Positions 48,625-58,288 are shown, counted from the stretch's first letter. The stretch is DNA of 64,000 nucleotides from Bacteroidota bacterium (GCA_005882315.1 VBAR01000003.1:252907-316906); one strand, 5' to 3'. Program-made: numbers and translations. Notes: generated by a model not told the origin, from the letters alone.

Positions 48625-49544
48625 TGAGGCTTTCTCTTGATCTTAATTGATGCATTTTTCTCAAGGCTACTTGATAATCGGATCTGATATTGTTTCTTTC
48701 CGTCATCTAATACCATTAATGCTGTATTGGGTGGAATACCTCCCAGGTTCTCAGCAAACATGATCAGTTCATTTGTTTCTAAAGTTTTGTCCAACGCAAA
48801 ATGAAAATGAACTGAGCGGCTTGATAATTTCAGGTGATAAGCCACTAATTGCTTATTAAAAAATACTGCAATAGAATCACCGTCAATTTCTCCGTTATCA
48901 TAAAAATCAACTTCTATTGAATCAGATTCTACTTCAAGCTCCTGCACCACTTCATTTTTGCGCATAGGCATTTCATTATTCATTACATAGTTCACTACGT
49001 TATGCGGTACCACAACAACCGCCGGCAATGTATCAGTAAATGATGGCTGCCAAAGCTGGTTTGTTTCTTTAAAGTTCCTGATAGCAGCCAACACCGAATC
49101 TTTCTTACTGACATCCGCATTCATCGTCAGATTAAAATTCAATTCTGTACATGTATACTTGTATTGAGGTAAGCTTGTAAATGAGCCAATAAGATTTGAA
49201 CCTGATTGCGATGCTCTTAATATTGCCCGCATATTCATCATGCAGTCAATCTCCAATTTTGAAGTAGAGCCATGATAAGTCATGGGAATATTATACAAAC
49301 TAAGCGTTCTTGTTTTAGCATCATAGTTACCGTTTACTTTCATACTACGATAGCTATTTCTGAAATAATAATTCAGCACGCCGCTTACATAACCTTTTTC
49401 GGGGTTCAGCACCAGCTCAACCAAATAATTATTAGTAGAGGTGTTTGTTTTAGCATTCGCATAGCCATACCAGTATCCAAATACTGACTGTGCACCTGAT
49501 TGTAGGGAAATAAGCAATAATAAGGATAGAAATAGTTTTAACAT
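48618..49544 (-). CDS. hypothetical secreted protein
   Basis: 308-aa ORF with a signal peptide (MLKLFLSLLLLISLQSGAQS). No motif recognised. Confidence 0.55.
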   Translation of the reverse strand: MLKLFLSLLLLISLQSGAQSVFGYWYGYANAKTNTSTNNYLVELVLNPEKGYVSGVLNYYFRNSYRSMKVNGNYDAKTRTLSLYNIPMTYHGSTSKLEIDCMMNMRAILRASQSGSNLIGSFTSLPQYKYTCTELNFNLTMNADVSKKDSVLAAIRNFKETNQLWQPSFTDTLPAVVVVPHNVVNYVMNNEMPMRKNEVVQELEVESDSIEVDFYDNGEIDGDSIAVFFNKQLVAYHLKLSSRSVHFHFALDKTLETNELIMFAENLGGIPPNTALMVLDDGKKQYQIRLSSSLEKNASIKIKRKPQK

Positions 49545-49594
49545 GGCTGTTTGTTATGCAAGAATAATGCTATAACGTGATGGATGAGATGAAA

Positions 49595-50029
49595 TTACTT
49601 CAATAACCGTTTTATTTCCCTGTCAGTCTCCTTTTTCTTGATGGATTCACGTTTATCGTGTAGTTTCTTTCCTTTGGCAAGGCCGATCTCAATTTTAAAG
49701 AGGTTTTTTTCATTGAAAAATATACGAAGCGGGATGAGGGTATATCCTTTTTCTTTCAGTTTGGTTTCAATCTTTTTTATTTCTCTTTTTTGTAACAGCA
49801 GTTTCCTGTCACGTAGCGGATCATGATTATTCACAGTTCCATGTGAGTATTCTGCAATATGAAAACTTTTTAACCAGATCTCACCTTTGTGAATCAAGCA
49901 ATAACTGTCATTAAAACTAGCACGGCCGGCCCTTAAGCTTTTTACTTCTGTGCCAAGCAAAACCATCCCAGCATCATATTTATTATCTATGAAGTATTCA
50001 AAATAGGCTGATCGGTTTTTTATTTCCAT
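49595..50029 (-). CDS. smpB: SsrA-binding protein SmpB
   Basis: 144 aa. NRSAYFEYFI...AGMVLLGTEVKSLR...IAEY...HDPLRDRKLLL...IPL are SmpB hallmarks. Confidence 0.95.
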   Translation of the reverse strand: MEIKNRSAYFEYFIDNKYDAGMVLLGTEVKSLRAGRASFNDSYCLIHKGEIWLKSFHIAEYSHGTVNNHDPLRDRKLLLQKREIKKIETKLKEKGYTLIPLRIFFNEKNLFKIEIGLAKGKKLHDKRESIKKKETDREIKRLLK

Positions 50030-50087
50030 GCAGGTAAAAAAATAAGAGGCAAATTTACCTCTTACATTTTAAAAATATTTTATAAGA

Positions 50088-51008
50088 TTAATTTTTAAAT
50101 AGCTTCAGCAGCACCGAGAGCTTATCTCTTACGTCTTTCCGCTGAACAATGAAATCAAGAAAGCCATGATCTAAAATGAATTCACTTCTTTGAAAACCTT
50201 CAGGCAGATCTTTTTTAATAGTTTCTTTAATAACTCTCGGGCCGGCAAAACCGATCAACGCTCCGGGCTCAGCAATATTTAAATCTCCCAGCATACCAAA
50301 AGATGCAGAAATACCTCCAAAAGTCGGGTCAGTCAGCATCGATATATAAGGAAGCTTTGCATCACTTAATTGTGAAAGTTTGCCAGAAGTCTTTGCCAAT
50401 TGCATCAGTGAAAAAGCAGATTCCATCATCCTGGCACCTCCACTTTTACTGATCACCATATAGGCCATCCGGTGTTCAATTGCATAATCGACAGCTCTTG
50501 AAAATTTTTCTCCCATTACGCTGCCCAGGCTTCCGCCAATGAATTCAAAATCCATACAGGCAATCACAATATCATTACCACCAACTTTTCCTGTTGCTAC
50601 CCGCATCGAATCTTTCAGGTTACTGTTTTTCCAGATATCTTCCAGTCTTTTTTTATAAGGTTTCAGATCGGTAAAACCCAGAAAATCCTTGCTACGGATA
50701 TTTTCAAACAGCTCGGTGTATTGCTTATCATCAAAAATCAGATCGTAGTATTCGCTGCTGCCAATACGGTGATGGTAATTGCATTTCGGGCAAACAAATA
50801 ATTGTTCCCGCAGATCATTCATGGTGCAGATGAAATTACATTCAGGACATTTTGTCCAGAGTCCTTCAGGAGTTTCTTTTTTCTCAGAAGTTTTAGTCTG
50901 GATTCCTTTCTTAATGCGTTTAAACCAACTACTCTTTGTTTCCTCTGATTTACCTTCTTCACCCGCCAGGTTTACATCAAAGTCTTCAAATTGTTTTGCC
51001 ATAGCCAA
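50088..51008 (-). CDS. accD: acetyl-CoA carboxylase carboxyltransferase beta subunit
   Basis: Zn-ribbon CPECNFIC...CPKCNYHHR followed by the carboxyltransferase domain (GGSLGSVMGEKF, SGGARMMES). Confidence 0.92.
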   Translation of the reverse strand: MAMAKQFEDFDVNLAGEEGKSEETKSSWFKRIKKGIQTKTSEKKETPEGLWTKCPECNFICTMNDLREQLFVCPKCNYHHRIGSSEYYDLIFDDKQYTELFENIRSKDFLGFTDLKPYKKRLEDIWKNSNLKDSMRVATGKVGGNDIVIACMDFEFIGGSLGSVMGEKFSRAVDYAIEHRMAYMVISKSGGARMMESAFSLMQLAKTSGKLSQLSDAKLPYISMLTDPTFGGISASFGMLGDLNIAEPGALIGFAGPRVIKETIKKDLPEGFQRSEFILDHGFLDFIVQRKDVRDKLSVLLKLFKN

Positions 51009-51065
51009 AAGTTAGGCTACAAATATAGGGATTGTGAGATTTAAAAATTTCGGGCTGATTTTTAT

Positions 51066-51134
51066 GTACTTAGCTCACTTGCTACTAGTAAACTGTGGTT
51101 GCGTCGCACTCTTGTACATCCTGTAGTTCTATTC
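51066..51134 (-). repeat. dispersed 69-nt repeat, copy B (upstream of accD)
   Basis: The reverse complement aligns without gaps to 25466-25534 at 55/69 identities. It has the same orientation relative to its downstream gene as copy A. Confidence 0.8.
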
Positions 51135-51201
51135 AGCATATTTGAAGCAACTTCACATCATTCGCACATTTTCAAAATCGCAAATTTGCTAATCGGCTTT
51201 A

Positions 51202-51570
51202 TTAATTATTCGGTGCCCCACTATCAACCCAGCAACTAATTGAATTTTTTTGCCCTGTTGTTAATGAACCCGTTTGTGGCATTCTACCGCTTTGTATAGC
51301 TGATTTTATAGCTGCACCATTTGCAGAAGCCTGGGCATGATTAGTAAGTGGACCGGGGCCGTTGGTACTTCCTGTTGCATGACAAGTTGTACTAGTTGCA
51401 CAAGTAGAAAGAAGAATTGGAAGTATGTCAGCATTAAATGCTTTATTAGTAACGGTTGCACAATTTACCGTTGTGCCACCACCTCCGCCACCGCCGCTTC
51501 CTCCATTATCCTTACTGCATGACAAAAATATTATTAAGCCGAATAGAATGATAACTAAAGCCTTTTTCAT
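51202..51570 (-). CDS. small lipoprotein with a poly-Gly tether and a cytochrome-c-like (PSCyt-like) domain carrying CX5CH instead of CxxCH
   Basis: Lipobox FLSC and a G-run (GGSGGGGGGG). Then FNADILPILLSTC57ATSTTC63H64...GRMP...L...Q...ISCWVDSGAP, which has the layout of Planctomycete-type cytochrome c domains. Confidence 0.55.
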   Translation of the reverse strand: MKKALVIILFGLIIFLSCSKDNGGSGGGGGGGTTVNCATVTNKAFNADILPILLSTCATSTTCHATGSTNGPGPLTNHAQASANGAAIKSAIQSGRMPQTGSLTTGQKNSISCWVDSGAPNN

Positions 51571-51654
51571 TGTTATATTTTAGGTATAAATCGTTTTGTT
51601 CTTTTATATAGTTGCCTCAGAAAAGATAAACATAATTTAAACATACAAAAACGA

Positions 51655-51683
51655 TAATAAAAAAAGTCCCCATTCGGGGACTT
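51655..51683 (-). terminator. rho-independent terminator after the 51721-51903 gene
   Basis: The minus strand reads aagtcccc-gaat-ggggactttttttatt. Confidence 0.6.
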
Positions 51684-51720
51684 ACACTTTGTTTCAAAAC
51701 TCGTATGATGATTTTCCGGA

Positions 51721-51903
51721 TTAGTTCCAGCTTTTTCTCCAATCAGATGCTGAACGGAAATTTTTTCTCAAATTCCACATTTCGGCAGCGCTGAAAAGTT
51801 TTGCTTTTCCATCTTTAATATCCTGTTCCAAATTTGCTGCAAGTGTTTCAGGGGTTTGGATTTTTTCATCAGGATTCATGACTCTCTGTTTTTCTGTCTT
51901 CAT
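51721..51903 (-). CDS. small hypothetical protein (60 aa)
   Basis: An ORF with its own downstream terminator hairpin. No recognised motif. Confidence 0.4.
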   Translation of the reverse strand: MKTEKQRVMNPDEKIQTPETLAANLEQDIKDGKAKLFSAAEMWNLRKNFRSASDWRKSWN

Positions 51904-52147
51904 TTTTCTATCGTTTAAAGGTTAATCAATACAATGGCCTCCCATATGGGTCAAGAATCGTTAATTTCTGTCAGTAGTGAATTAATCAGTGAAGATATCT
52001 TCGGGTACTATCTGAAGCAGGTGCTTGATTTGATGGTGCAAATATACGACAATAGAGCTTTCTGAAAAAGCAATTGAATGAAAAAAATAGAAATAGTTTT
52101 AAAATGGGTTACCTCACAACCGTATGTTTTTCAAAAGAAATTGTGAT

Positions 52148-53794
52148 TCAATCTAACCATACTATTTTTTGCTTTTCGGCAAACCATTTCGGGTAGTTGG
52201 GCACGTAAATTTTTTCAATTTCATTTCTTTTTACTTTCAATGTAGGAGTTAGTAGTTTATTCGCAACAGTCCAATTTTCTTTCATTACCACAATTTTTTC
52301 CAGCTTTTCATATGCTTCCAGCGTTTTATTTATTTCAGCACATAATTGTTCGAGCTCAGTGCTGAGGAGTTGTTTATCTTTTTTCATTCCGGTTTCTGAT
52401 AATGAAATAAGTCCGATTGGTTGGGGAATACCTGTACCTACTACACAGGCAGATTCGATATCCGGGTTTGATAACAGTTTTGTTTCAATAGGTGCTGGTG
52501 AAATATATTTTCCTTTATCTGTTTTGAACTGATCCTTTACCCTGCCAGTAATGAATAAGAACCCATCCTTATTATACTCACCAATATCACCAGTCTTTAA
52601 ATAACCTTCTTCATCAAAAGCCTGTGCTGTTAATTCTGGTTCTTTATAATAACCTTTCATATTGCCTACACTTTTTACTCTCAGTTCTCCATCTTCAGCA
52701 AATTTTGTTTTGAGTCCTTGCACAGGTTTGCCAACACTACCAAAGCAAAAACTCTGGGGTGTTTCAAAATGGGCATATACGCAGTCTTCCGTCATTCCAT
52801 ATGCCTGAACTACCGGTACGCCGATCTTATGAAACCACTTAAGTATCTCAACTGATATGGGAGCTGATGAACTTACTATCTGTCGTGCATTTGCAAGTCC
52901 TAATTTTTTACGGATGCTTTTTTTAATGATCCCTGAAATGAGAGGAATGGATAAAAGCAGGTTCAGTTTTTTTTGTGGCAATTTTTTTAATACCCCTTCT
53001 CTTAATTTTCCCCAGATGCGGGGTACTGCAAAAAATAAGGTGGGTTGTGTATCTGCAACATTGGCCGGGAATGACTCTATGCTTTCTGCAAATGAAATAG
53101 TGCCGCCGTAATAAAGTCCATACATTTCAACGGCCAACCTTTCTGCAATATGACTGAGCGGTAAATAAGAAAATAAAACAGGCCGTCCGCTCAACCCAAC
53201 AAATGGAATAACATTATGAAGAGTTTCATAAAATGCTTCCACACTATGCATTACTCCTTTTGCCATGCCTGTAGTACCTGATGTATAAATTATAGTAAGC
53301 AGATCACCCTGCTGCCAATCATGAAAATCATTCATGGGTTGTTGTTCAGCTATAAATTTCTCCAATGAATATTTTTCATGCAAGCCATAGGACTCAACAC
53401 TTATTTTAATAATGTTTGCCGGTATCCCTTCTTTTTGACCTGCATAATCATCAAGCTTGCCTAATATGATTGCTTTTGCTTCGCTATGCACCAGTATTGG
53501 TTCAATTGAATGTGCAGAAAGGCTAGGGTAGATGGGAATGGAAATATATCCGCACATCATAATGGCGAGGTCACTTATTATCCATTGTGCACAATTTTTT
53601 GAAAGTATTGCGATATGACTTTGTTCAGGAAGGTTCAGCGATCTCAAGCCTGAAGCAATTCTTCTTATTTCATTACCGGCCTGTGCCCATGTCCATGTTT
53701 TCCATTGGCCACTGATAGGTTGACGAAATAAAACTTCATTGGGTATCTTTTTTTCCCATTGCAAAAATGATTCAAGCGGGGAGATGGCTGGCAT
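52148..53794 (-). CDS. AMP-dependent synthetase/ligase (long-chain acyl-CoA synthetase-like)
   Basis: AMP-binding motif IIYTSGTTGMAKGV, plus YGMTE, TGDIGEY..DGFLFITGRVKD and KRNEI at the C-terminus. Confidence 0.85.
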   Translation of the reverse strand: MPAISPLESFLQWEKKIPNEVLFRQPISGQWKTWTWAQAGNEIRRIASGLRSLNLPEQSHIAILSKNCAQWIISDLAIMMCGYISIPIYPSLSAHSIEPILVHSEAKAIILGKLDDYAGQKEGIPANIIKISVESYGLHEKYSLEKFIAEQQPMNDFHDWQQGDLLTIIYTSGTTGMAKGVMHSVEAFYETLHNVIPFVGLSGRPVLFSYLPLSHIAERLAVEMYGLYYGGTISFAESIESFPANVADTQPTLFFAVPRIWGKLREGVLKKLPQKKLNLLLSIPLISGIIKKSIRKKLGLANARQIVSSSAPISVEILKWFHKIGVPVVQAYGMTEDCVYAHFETPQSFCFGSVGKPVQGLKTKFAEDGELRVKSVGNMKGYYKEPELTAQAFDEEGYLKTGDIGEYNKDGFLFITGRVKDQFKTDKGKYISPAPIETKLLSNPDIESACVVGTGIPQPIGLISLSETGMKKDKQLLSTELEQLCAEINKTLEAYEKLEKIVVMKENWTVANKLLTPTLKVKRNEIEKIYVPNYPKWFAEKQKIVWLD

Positions 53795-53847
53795 ATCGTT
53801 AGGGTTTTAATCTGTTGCTATAAATAAACAGCTTATTCCTCATTTAA

Positions 53848-53878
53848 ACAAAAATCCCCTCAACTGAGGGGGTTTTTG
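53848..53878 (-). terminator. rho-independent terminator after fbaA
   Basis: The minus strand reads cccctc-agtt-gagggg followed by atttttgttt, directly after the fbaA stop codon. Confidence 0.6.
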
Positions 53879-53879
53879 T

Positions 53880-54947
53880 TTATGCATTTCTGTTGATGCA
53901 ATTCAAATCTTCGAAAGCAACTTCCAATCGCTTTATAAAAGATTCTTCACCTTTTCTCAACCATACACGGGGATCATAATATTTTTTATTGGGTTTATCA
54001 TCGCCTTCAGGATTTCCAAGCTGTCCCTGCAGGTAACCTTCACTCTTTTTATAATTATTTAAAATGCCTTCCCAGAAAGCCCACTGCAGATCGGTGTCAA
54101 TATTCATTTTGATAGCTCCGTAACTAATTGCTTCACGTATCTGGCTTTGTGGTGAGCCGCTGCCGCCATGGAAAACAAAATAAACAGGTTTAGGAGCCGT
54201 ACCTAAAACTTTTTCAATATGTTTCTGAGAGTTGTTCAATATTTCAGGACGTAGTTGCACATTACCTGGTTTGTACACTCCATGCACGTTTCCGAAAGCT
54301 GCTGCAACAGTAAACATGTTTCCAACCTTGCTTAATTCTTTATATGCATATTCAACGTGAGCCGGCTGGGTGTAGAGTTTATCATTTTCTACATCACTAT
54401 TATCTACGCCATCTTCTTCACCACCTGTTACACCGAGTTCAATTTCAATACCCATACCAAGCGGCTGCATTCTTTTAAAAAATTCAACCGAGGTGTGAAT
54501 GTTCTCTTCAATTGGCTCTTCACTTAAATCAAGCATATGACTACTAAAAAGGGGTTGACCTTTTTCTTTAAAATATTGTTCGCCTGCATCTATCAACCCG
54601 CTTATCCAGGGCAACCATTTTTTTGCAGCATGATCTGTATGCAACACTACAGGCACGCCATAATGTTTAGCTACATTATGAATATGCAGCGCACCTGAAA
54701 TAGCTCCGTAAATATTTCCCTGTAGTTTATCATTTGGCATTCCTTTACCAGCAATAAACTGGGCACCGCCATTTGAAAACTGGATGATAACAGGTGAATT
54801 GACTTTTGCTGCTGTTTCCAATGTTGCGTTTATGGTATTAGTGCCGATGGTGTTTACGGCTGGCAACGCAAATTGGTTTTCCTTGGCATCATTTAATAAA
54901 GCAAGTAATTCTTTACCAAACAAAACTCCGGGTTGATATTTTTTCAT
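53880..54947 (-). CDS. fbaA: class II fructose-1,6-bisphosphate aldolase
   Basis: 355 aa. PAVN, VVLHTDHA, FHGGSGS, MNIDTD and the overall class IIa pattern. Confidence 0.93.
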   Translation of the reverse strand: MKKYQPGVLFGKELLALLNDAKENQFALPAVNTIGTNTINATLETAAKVNSPVIIQFSNGGAQFIAGKGMPNDKLQGNIYGAISGALHIHNVAKHYGVPVVLHTDHAAKKWLPWISGLIDAGEQYFKEKGQPLFSSHMLDLSEEPIEENIHTSVEFFKRMQPLGMGIEIELGVTGGEEDGVDNSDVENDKLYTQPAHVEYAYKELSKVGNMFTVAAAFGNVHGVYKPGNVQLRPEILNNSQKHIEKVLGTAPKPVYFVFHGGSGSPQSQIREAISYGAIKMNIDTDLQWAFWEGILNNYKKSEGYLQGQLGNPEGDDKPNKKYYDPRVWLRKGEESFIKRLEVAFEDLNCINRNA

Positions 54948-55230
54948 ATAGAATCTATTTCCTTTCCGGCGAAGATAAGAGATTGAAAGAAGTTGATAAA
55001 AAGCTTTAACGGGTATTCGTAAGCTACTGGAGTGAGTATATGCTCAAGTTACAGATGCATTAGTATAGTAAGGCTTGATATTGCCATGCAGCAAACTCGG
55101 CTTATCTTGATTTAAGTAGAATTAAGTAAGCTCAACGAGCAAATAAAAGGAAACAAGGAATGAAAGTAAAAATTGAATTTGAAGGGAGACCACCGTTCCC
55201 CCTGCTAAACTTCTCAGGTTAGCAGGAGGG

Positions 55231-55450
55231 TTTTGGATTTTAGATTTTTTTCAAGGATCTTGGACGGCGGTTCAGGAATGGACGGTTCCTCAGGACTTTG
55301 GATTTTAAGTAAAAATTTTCAATAGGACTTGTTTGGCTTCTTAGAATAAGGTTTTTTGGTTTTTCGTCGGATTCTCGGATTTTAAAGAACGGTTTTCAAC
55401 AGGAATTAGTTTTTTCTTGGACTTAGGATTTGGGTTTTTCAGGATTCGCT
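55231..55450 (+). repeat. strand-biased degenerate GGAYT-motif tract in a 650-nt intergenic region
   Basis: GGAYT occurs 9 times, at 55235, 55293, 55300, 55325, 55369, 55377, 55419, 55426 and 55442. There are 5 near variants (GGATC, GGACG x2, GGAAT x2). No ARTCC is seen on the same strand. No ORF of 60 aa or more is present here. Confidence 0.6.
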
Positions 55451-55596
55451 TTCGACATTTATTGTGTCAATTGCAAAACAAAAATAGATTTGCGATTCAT
55501 TTAACACAAGAGCAATTATAGCCGATATTTTTACTACAGTTTTTACTGGATATTAGTAATAATACGAATGTAAATAGTCTAATCACCACTACTTTC

Positions 55597-56955
55597 TTAT
55601 TTTCCAAGTGCTTGAATTACATCATATTTGGTCACAATATGTAAATTACCGCCATCGTCCTTTGAAAGTACGGCTCCGTTCTCCTTATTTATTAATGTGC
55701 TGAGTCTTTCCACAGGGGTTTCAAAATCAACCATGGGGTAGGCGGGTTCCAACACGGATTCGACTGAGGAATTCTTTATTTCGGGATTATTGAAGACTTT
55801 TTGAAATAAACCACTTTCACTAATAGCGCCAATCACACCATTTCCATTCATTACAGGTATGTGTTCGATGTCATATTTCTTCATCATATCCACAGCTTCA
55901 GATACGGTTTGCGTAGGATTTACAGTAATTAATTTTTTTGAACCTCTTGCACTGATAATATCCCTGAATGTTTTTACATCCAGGAAACCACGTTCTATCA
56001 TCCACTGATCATTATAAATTTTAGCAACATACCGGCTACCATGATCATGAAAAATACAAACGACGAGATCATCCTTTTTTAAACGGCTTTTTAACTGCAT
56101 CAAACCTGTTATGCAACTACCGGCGCTGTATCCGCAAAACATACCTTCCTCTTTTGCTAAACGACGGGCCATAATAGCACCGTCCTTATCTGTTACCTGT
56201 TCAAAATGATCGATCACACTCATATCATAATTTCCCGGAACAAAGTCCTCCCCAAAACCTTCGCTGATATAAGGGTGAACTTCATTCATATCAACTTCAC
56301 CTGTGCGAAAATATTTTGTAAGTAATGAACCATACACATCAATAGCCCAAACCTGGATATTCGGATTTTGTTCTTTTAAATATTTTGCTGTACCTACAAT
56401 TGTTCCTCCTGTACCTGCAGTACATACAAGATGTGTGATCTTCCCATCAGTTTGTTTCCATATTTCTGGTCCTGTAGATTCATAATGTGCTAACCTGTTT
56501 GCAAGATTATCGTACTGGTTCATGTGATATGAATTCGGAATTTCATTGGCTAACCTTTTGGCAACGCTGTAATAGCTCTTAGGATCTTCTGGCAAAACAT
56601 TAGTAGGGCAAACAATTACCTCTGCGCCTACAGCTTTTAGTATATCAGCTTTTTCTTTTGATTGTTTATCTGTAGTAACGAAAATGCATTTATATCCTTT
56701 TACAACGGCTGCCAACGCAAGCCCCATACCTGTATTACCAGATGTGCCTTCAATAATTGTTCCGCCAGGCTTGAGTTTGCCTTCCTGTTCGGCTACTTCC
56801 ACCATCTTTAGTGCCATACGATCTTTAATTGAATTGCCGGGATTGAAATAATCAACTTTGGCAAGCACAGTGCAGGGAAAATCTTTAGTGATCTTATTTA
56901 AACGGATCAGCGGGGTATTTCCTATTGTTTCTAGAATGTTGTTTTTAATATCCAT
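55597..56955 (-). CDS. cystathionine beta-synthase-like PLP enzyme (CysK/CBS fold plus tandem CBS domains)
   Basis: PLP-Lys block NPGNSIKDR, then TSGNTG and GTGGT. The C-terminal ~130 aa hold two CBS-type repeats. Confidence 0.8.
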   Translation of the reverse strand: MDIKNNILETIGNTPLIRLNKITKDFPCTVLAKVDYFNPGNSIKDRMALKMVEVAEQEGKLKPGGTIIEGTSGNTGMGLALAAVVKGYKCIFVTTDKQSKEKADILKAVGAEVIVCPTNVLPEDPKSYYSVAKRLANEIPNSYHMNQYDNLANRLAHYESTGPEIWKQTDGKITHLVCTAGTGGTIVGTAKYLKEQNPNIQVWAIDVYGSLLTKYFRTGEVDMNEVHPYISEGFGEDFVPGNYDMSVIDHFEQVTDKDGAIMARRLAKEEGMFCGYSAGSCITGLMQLKSRLKKDDLVVCIFHDHGSRYVAKIYNDQWMIERGFLDVKTFRDIISARGSKKLITVNPTQTVSEAVDMMKKYDIEHIPVMNGNGVIGAISESGLFQKVFNNPEIKNSSVESVLEPAYPMVDFETPVERLSTLINKENGAVLSKDDGGNLHIVTKYDVIQALGK

Positions 56956-57073
56956 ATCGCAGTTTCTTTCACTGCGAAGGTAAGATTTTAAGAAGGAAAG
57001 TCTTCAGCGTGAATGTCAAATGAGTCAGAAAGTAAAATATAAGACTCTTGATTGACCTGTAAGATCAATATGA

Positions 57074-57595
57074 CTATACTGACTGCTTATTCCTGAATTG
57101 TTTTCTTTTGTTAGCAAGAACTCTATCAAGCAATGCCAGGCCTATAACAATATTTACCATCATAAATCCATTCACCCAATTATTATTGAAGAATTTGCTT
57201 ATTTCCACTTTTGAAAAATCAACACCGAGGCTATTTTTCCCAGCTTCGCCGGATTCCCAATCCACCTGGCTAAATCCGTAAACAATAAATCCCACAATCA
57301 TAGTAAGAAAGAAAATACCGATACCCCAGACAATGCGGTTATTAATATATTGTTTGGTTGCGGGTGCAATATGGTATTTGGCGATCGTGTCCATTACATT
57401 TTGAGTAAATCGCATAGAAGGATGTTCCAATTCTGATGACTTGAGTAATTGGCTTACCTGCAATAATTCATGGTATTTATTTTTCCATTCAAGGTTGGTC
57501 TCCAGCAATTTTTCAATAGCTGATTTTTCTTCAGTGGAAGATATACCATCAATGTACTCCCATAATTGCTGCTCTATATCATGTTGCTCTTTCAT
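57074..57595 (-). CDS. membrane anti-sigma factor (putative)
   Basis: The gap to the ECF sigma gene upstream is 11 nt. The N-terminal cytoplasmic region (LWEYIDG...) is followed by TM helices, the typical sigma/anti-sigma layout. Confidence 0.6.
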   Translation of the reverse strand: MKEQHDIEQQLWEYIDGISSTEEKSAIEKLLETNLEWKNKYHELLQVSQLLKSSELEHPSMRFTQNVMDTIAKYHIAPATKQYINNRIVWGIGIFFLTMIVGFIVYGFSQVDWESGEAGKNSLGVDFSKVEISKFFNNNWVNGFMMVNIVIGLALLDRVLANKRKQFRNKQSV

Positions 57596-57606
57596 GGTAA
57601 TCTGGT

Positions 57607-58188
57607 TTAATAAATATCTTTTACCTCTTCTAAAAAATAAGTTTCCATTTTTTCTTTCAATCTTGTTCTTGCACGATGCAATCTCACTTTTACCGTATTC
57701 GCTTCCAGCTTCAATATCTGTGCTATCTCCTGCAGGCTTTGTTCATTTTTGTAAAACAAAGTTATTACTTCTGCATCTTCAGGGCTCAGCATGGCAATAG
57801 CGCTGTTCACCATCGACTGTTTTGACTTTTGTTCCACCAGGTTAGCTCTGAAACCAGAATCCACACTATCGGCCAGTTCAAAAGTGCTTTCATTGTCCAG
57901 CGACTGAATATCCAACTTTTTCTTCCTTAAAAAAGTAATGCTGGAGGTATTTGCAATCGTGTACAACCATGTGCTGAATTTTGATTCACCCCTGAAATCT
58001 TTTAAAGACCTGTATGCTTTTACAAATACATCCTGAGCTACTTCCTCGGCATCCTCACGGCTCTTTACCATACGTAATATCAGCGTATACACATAATTCT
58101 GGTAACGGTTGACCAAGGCTGCAAATGCCTGATGGTCACCGCCGAGAACCTGTTTTATTATCTCATTTTCTGTGGCTCCGGTGTGCAT
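57607..58188 (-). CDS. ECF-type RNA polymerase sigma-70 factor
   Basis: Region 2 (FAALVNRYQNYVYTLILRMV...AEEVAQDVFVKAY) and region 4 (LSPEDAEVITLFYKNEQSLQEIAQILKLEANTVKVRLHRAR). The ATG at 58188 is preferred because the TTG at 58218 lies inside the predicted promoter. Confidence 0.85.
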   Translation of the reverse strand: MHTGATENEIIKQVLGGDHQAFAALVNRYQNYVYTLILRMVKSREDAEEVAQDVFVKAYRSLKDFRGESKFSTWLYTIANTSSITFLRKKKLDIQSLDNESTFELADSVDSGFRANLVEQKSKQSMVNSAIAMLSPEDAEVITLFYKNEQSLQEIAQILKLEANTVKVRLHRARTRLKEKMETYFLEEVKDIY

Positions 58189-58196
58189 GGATATGA

Positions 58197-58227
58197 ATAA
58201 GACTGCATTAAGGTACAACAGGTTACC
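58197..58227 (-). promoter_or_regulatory. candidate ECF-type (autoregulatory) promoter of the sigma/anti-sigma operon
   Basis: The minus strand reads GGTAACC-N17-GTCTTAT, ending 8 nt before the ATG at 58188. It has the same architecture as the two plus-strand copies. Confidence 0.5.
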
Positions 58228-58257
58228 GCCTGCCAGTAAAAAAATATTTCATATACC

Positions 58258-58288
58258 TGTAACCGGGTCATTTAAGACGTAGTCATAT
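58258..58288 (+). promoter_or_regulatory. candidate ECF-type promoter, distal copy, facing the 58390 gene
   Basis: TGTAACC-N17-GTCATAT on the plus strand. Confidence 0.45.

Noticed and set aside
49545-50087. Searched the smpB flanks, and the other large intergenic regions, for a tmRNA (ssrA) gene or tRNA genes
   Set aside because: No tRNA-like acceptor/T-arm pattern, no GGGGCTGA-type 5' end and no ...CCACCA-type 3' end were seen. ssrA need not be linked to smpB.
55160-55234. 20-codon ORF (MKVKIEFEGRPPFPLLNFSG) ending inside a hairpin (cctgctaa / ttagcagg, 55201-55226) followed by TTTT. This could be a micro-protein or a small RNA with its own terminator.
   Set aside because: It is too short to support from sequence alone. 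The stem is only 8 bp, no promoter was recognised, and conservation cannot be tested here. It is worth a look only if RNA-seq shows a transcript.
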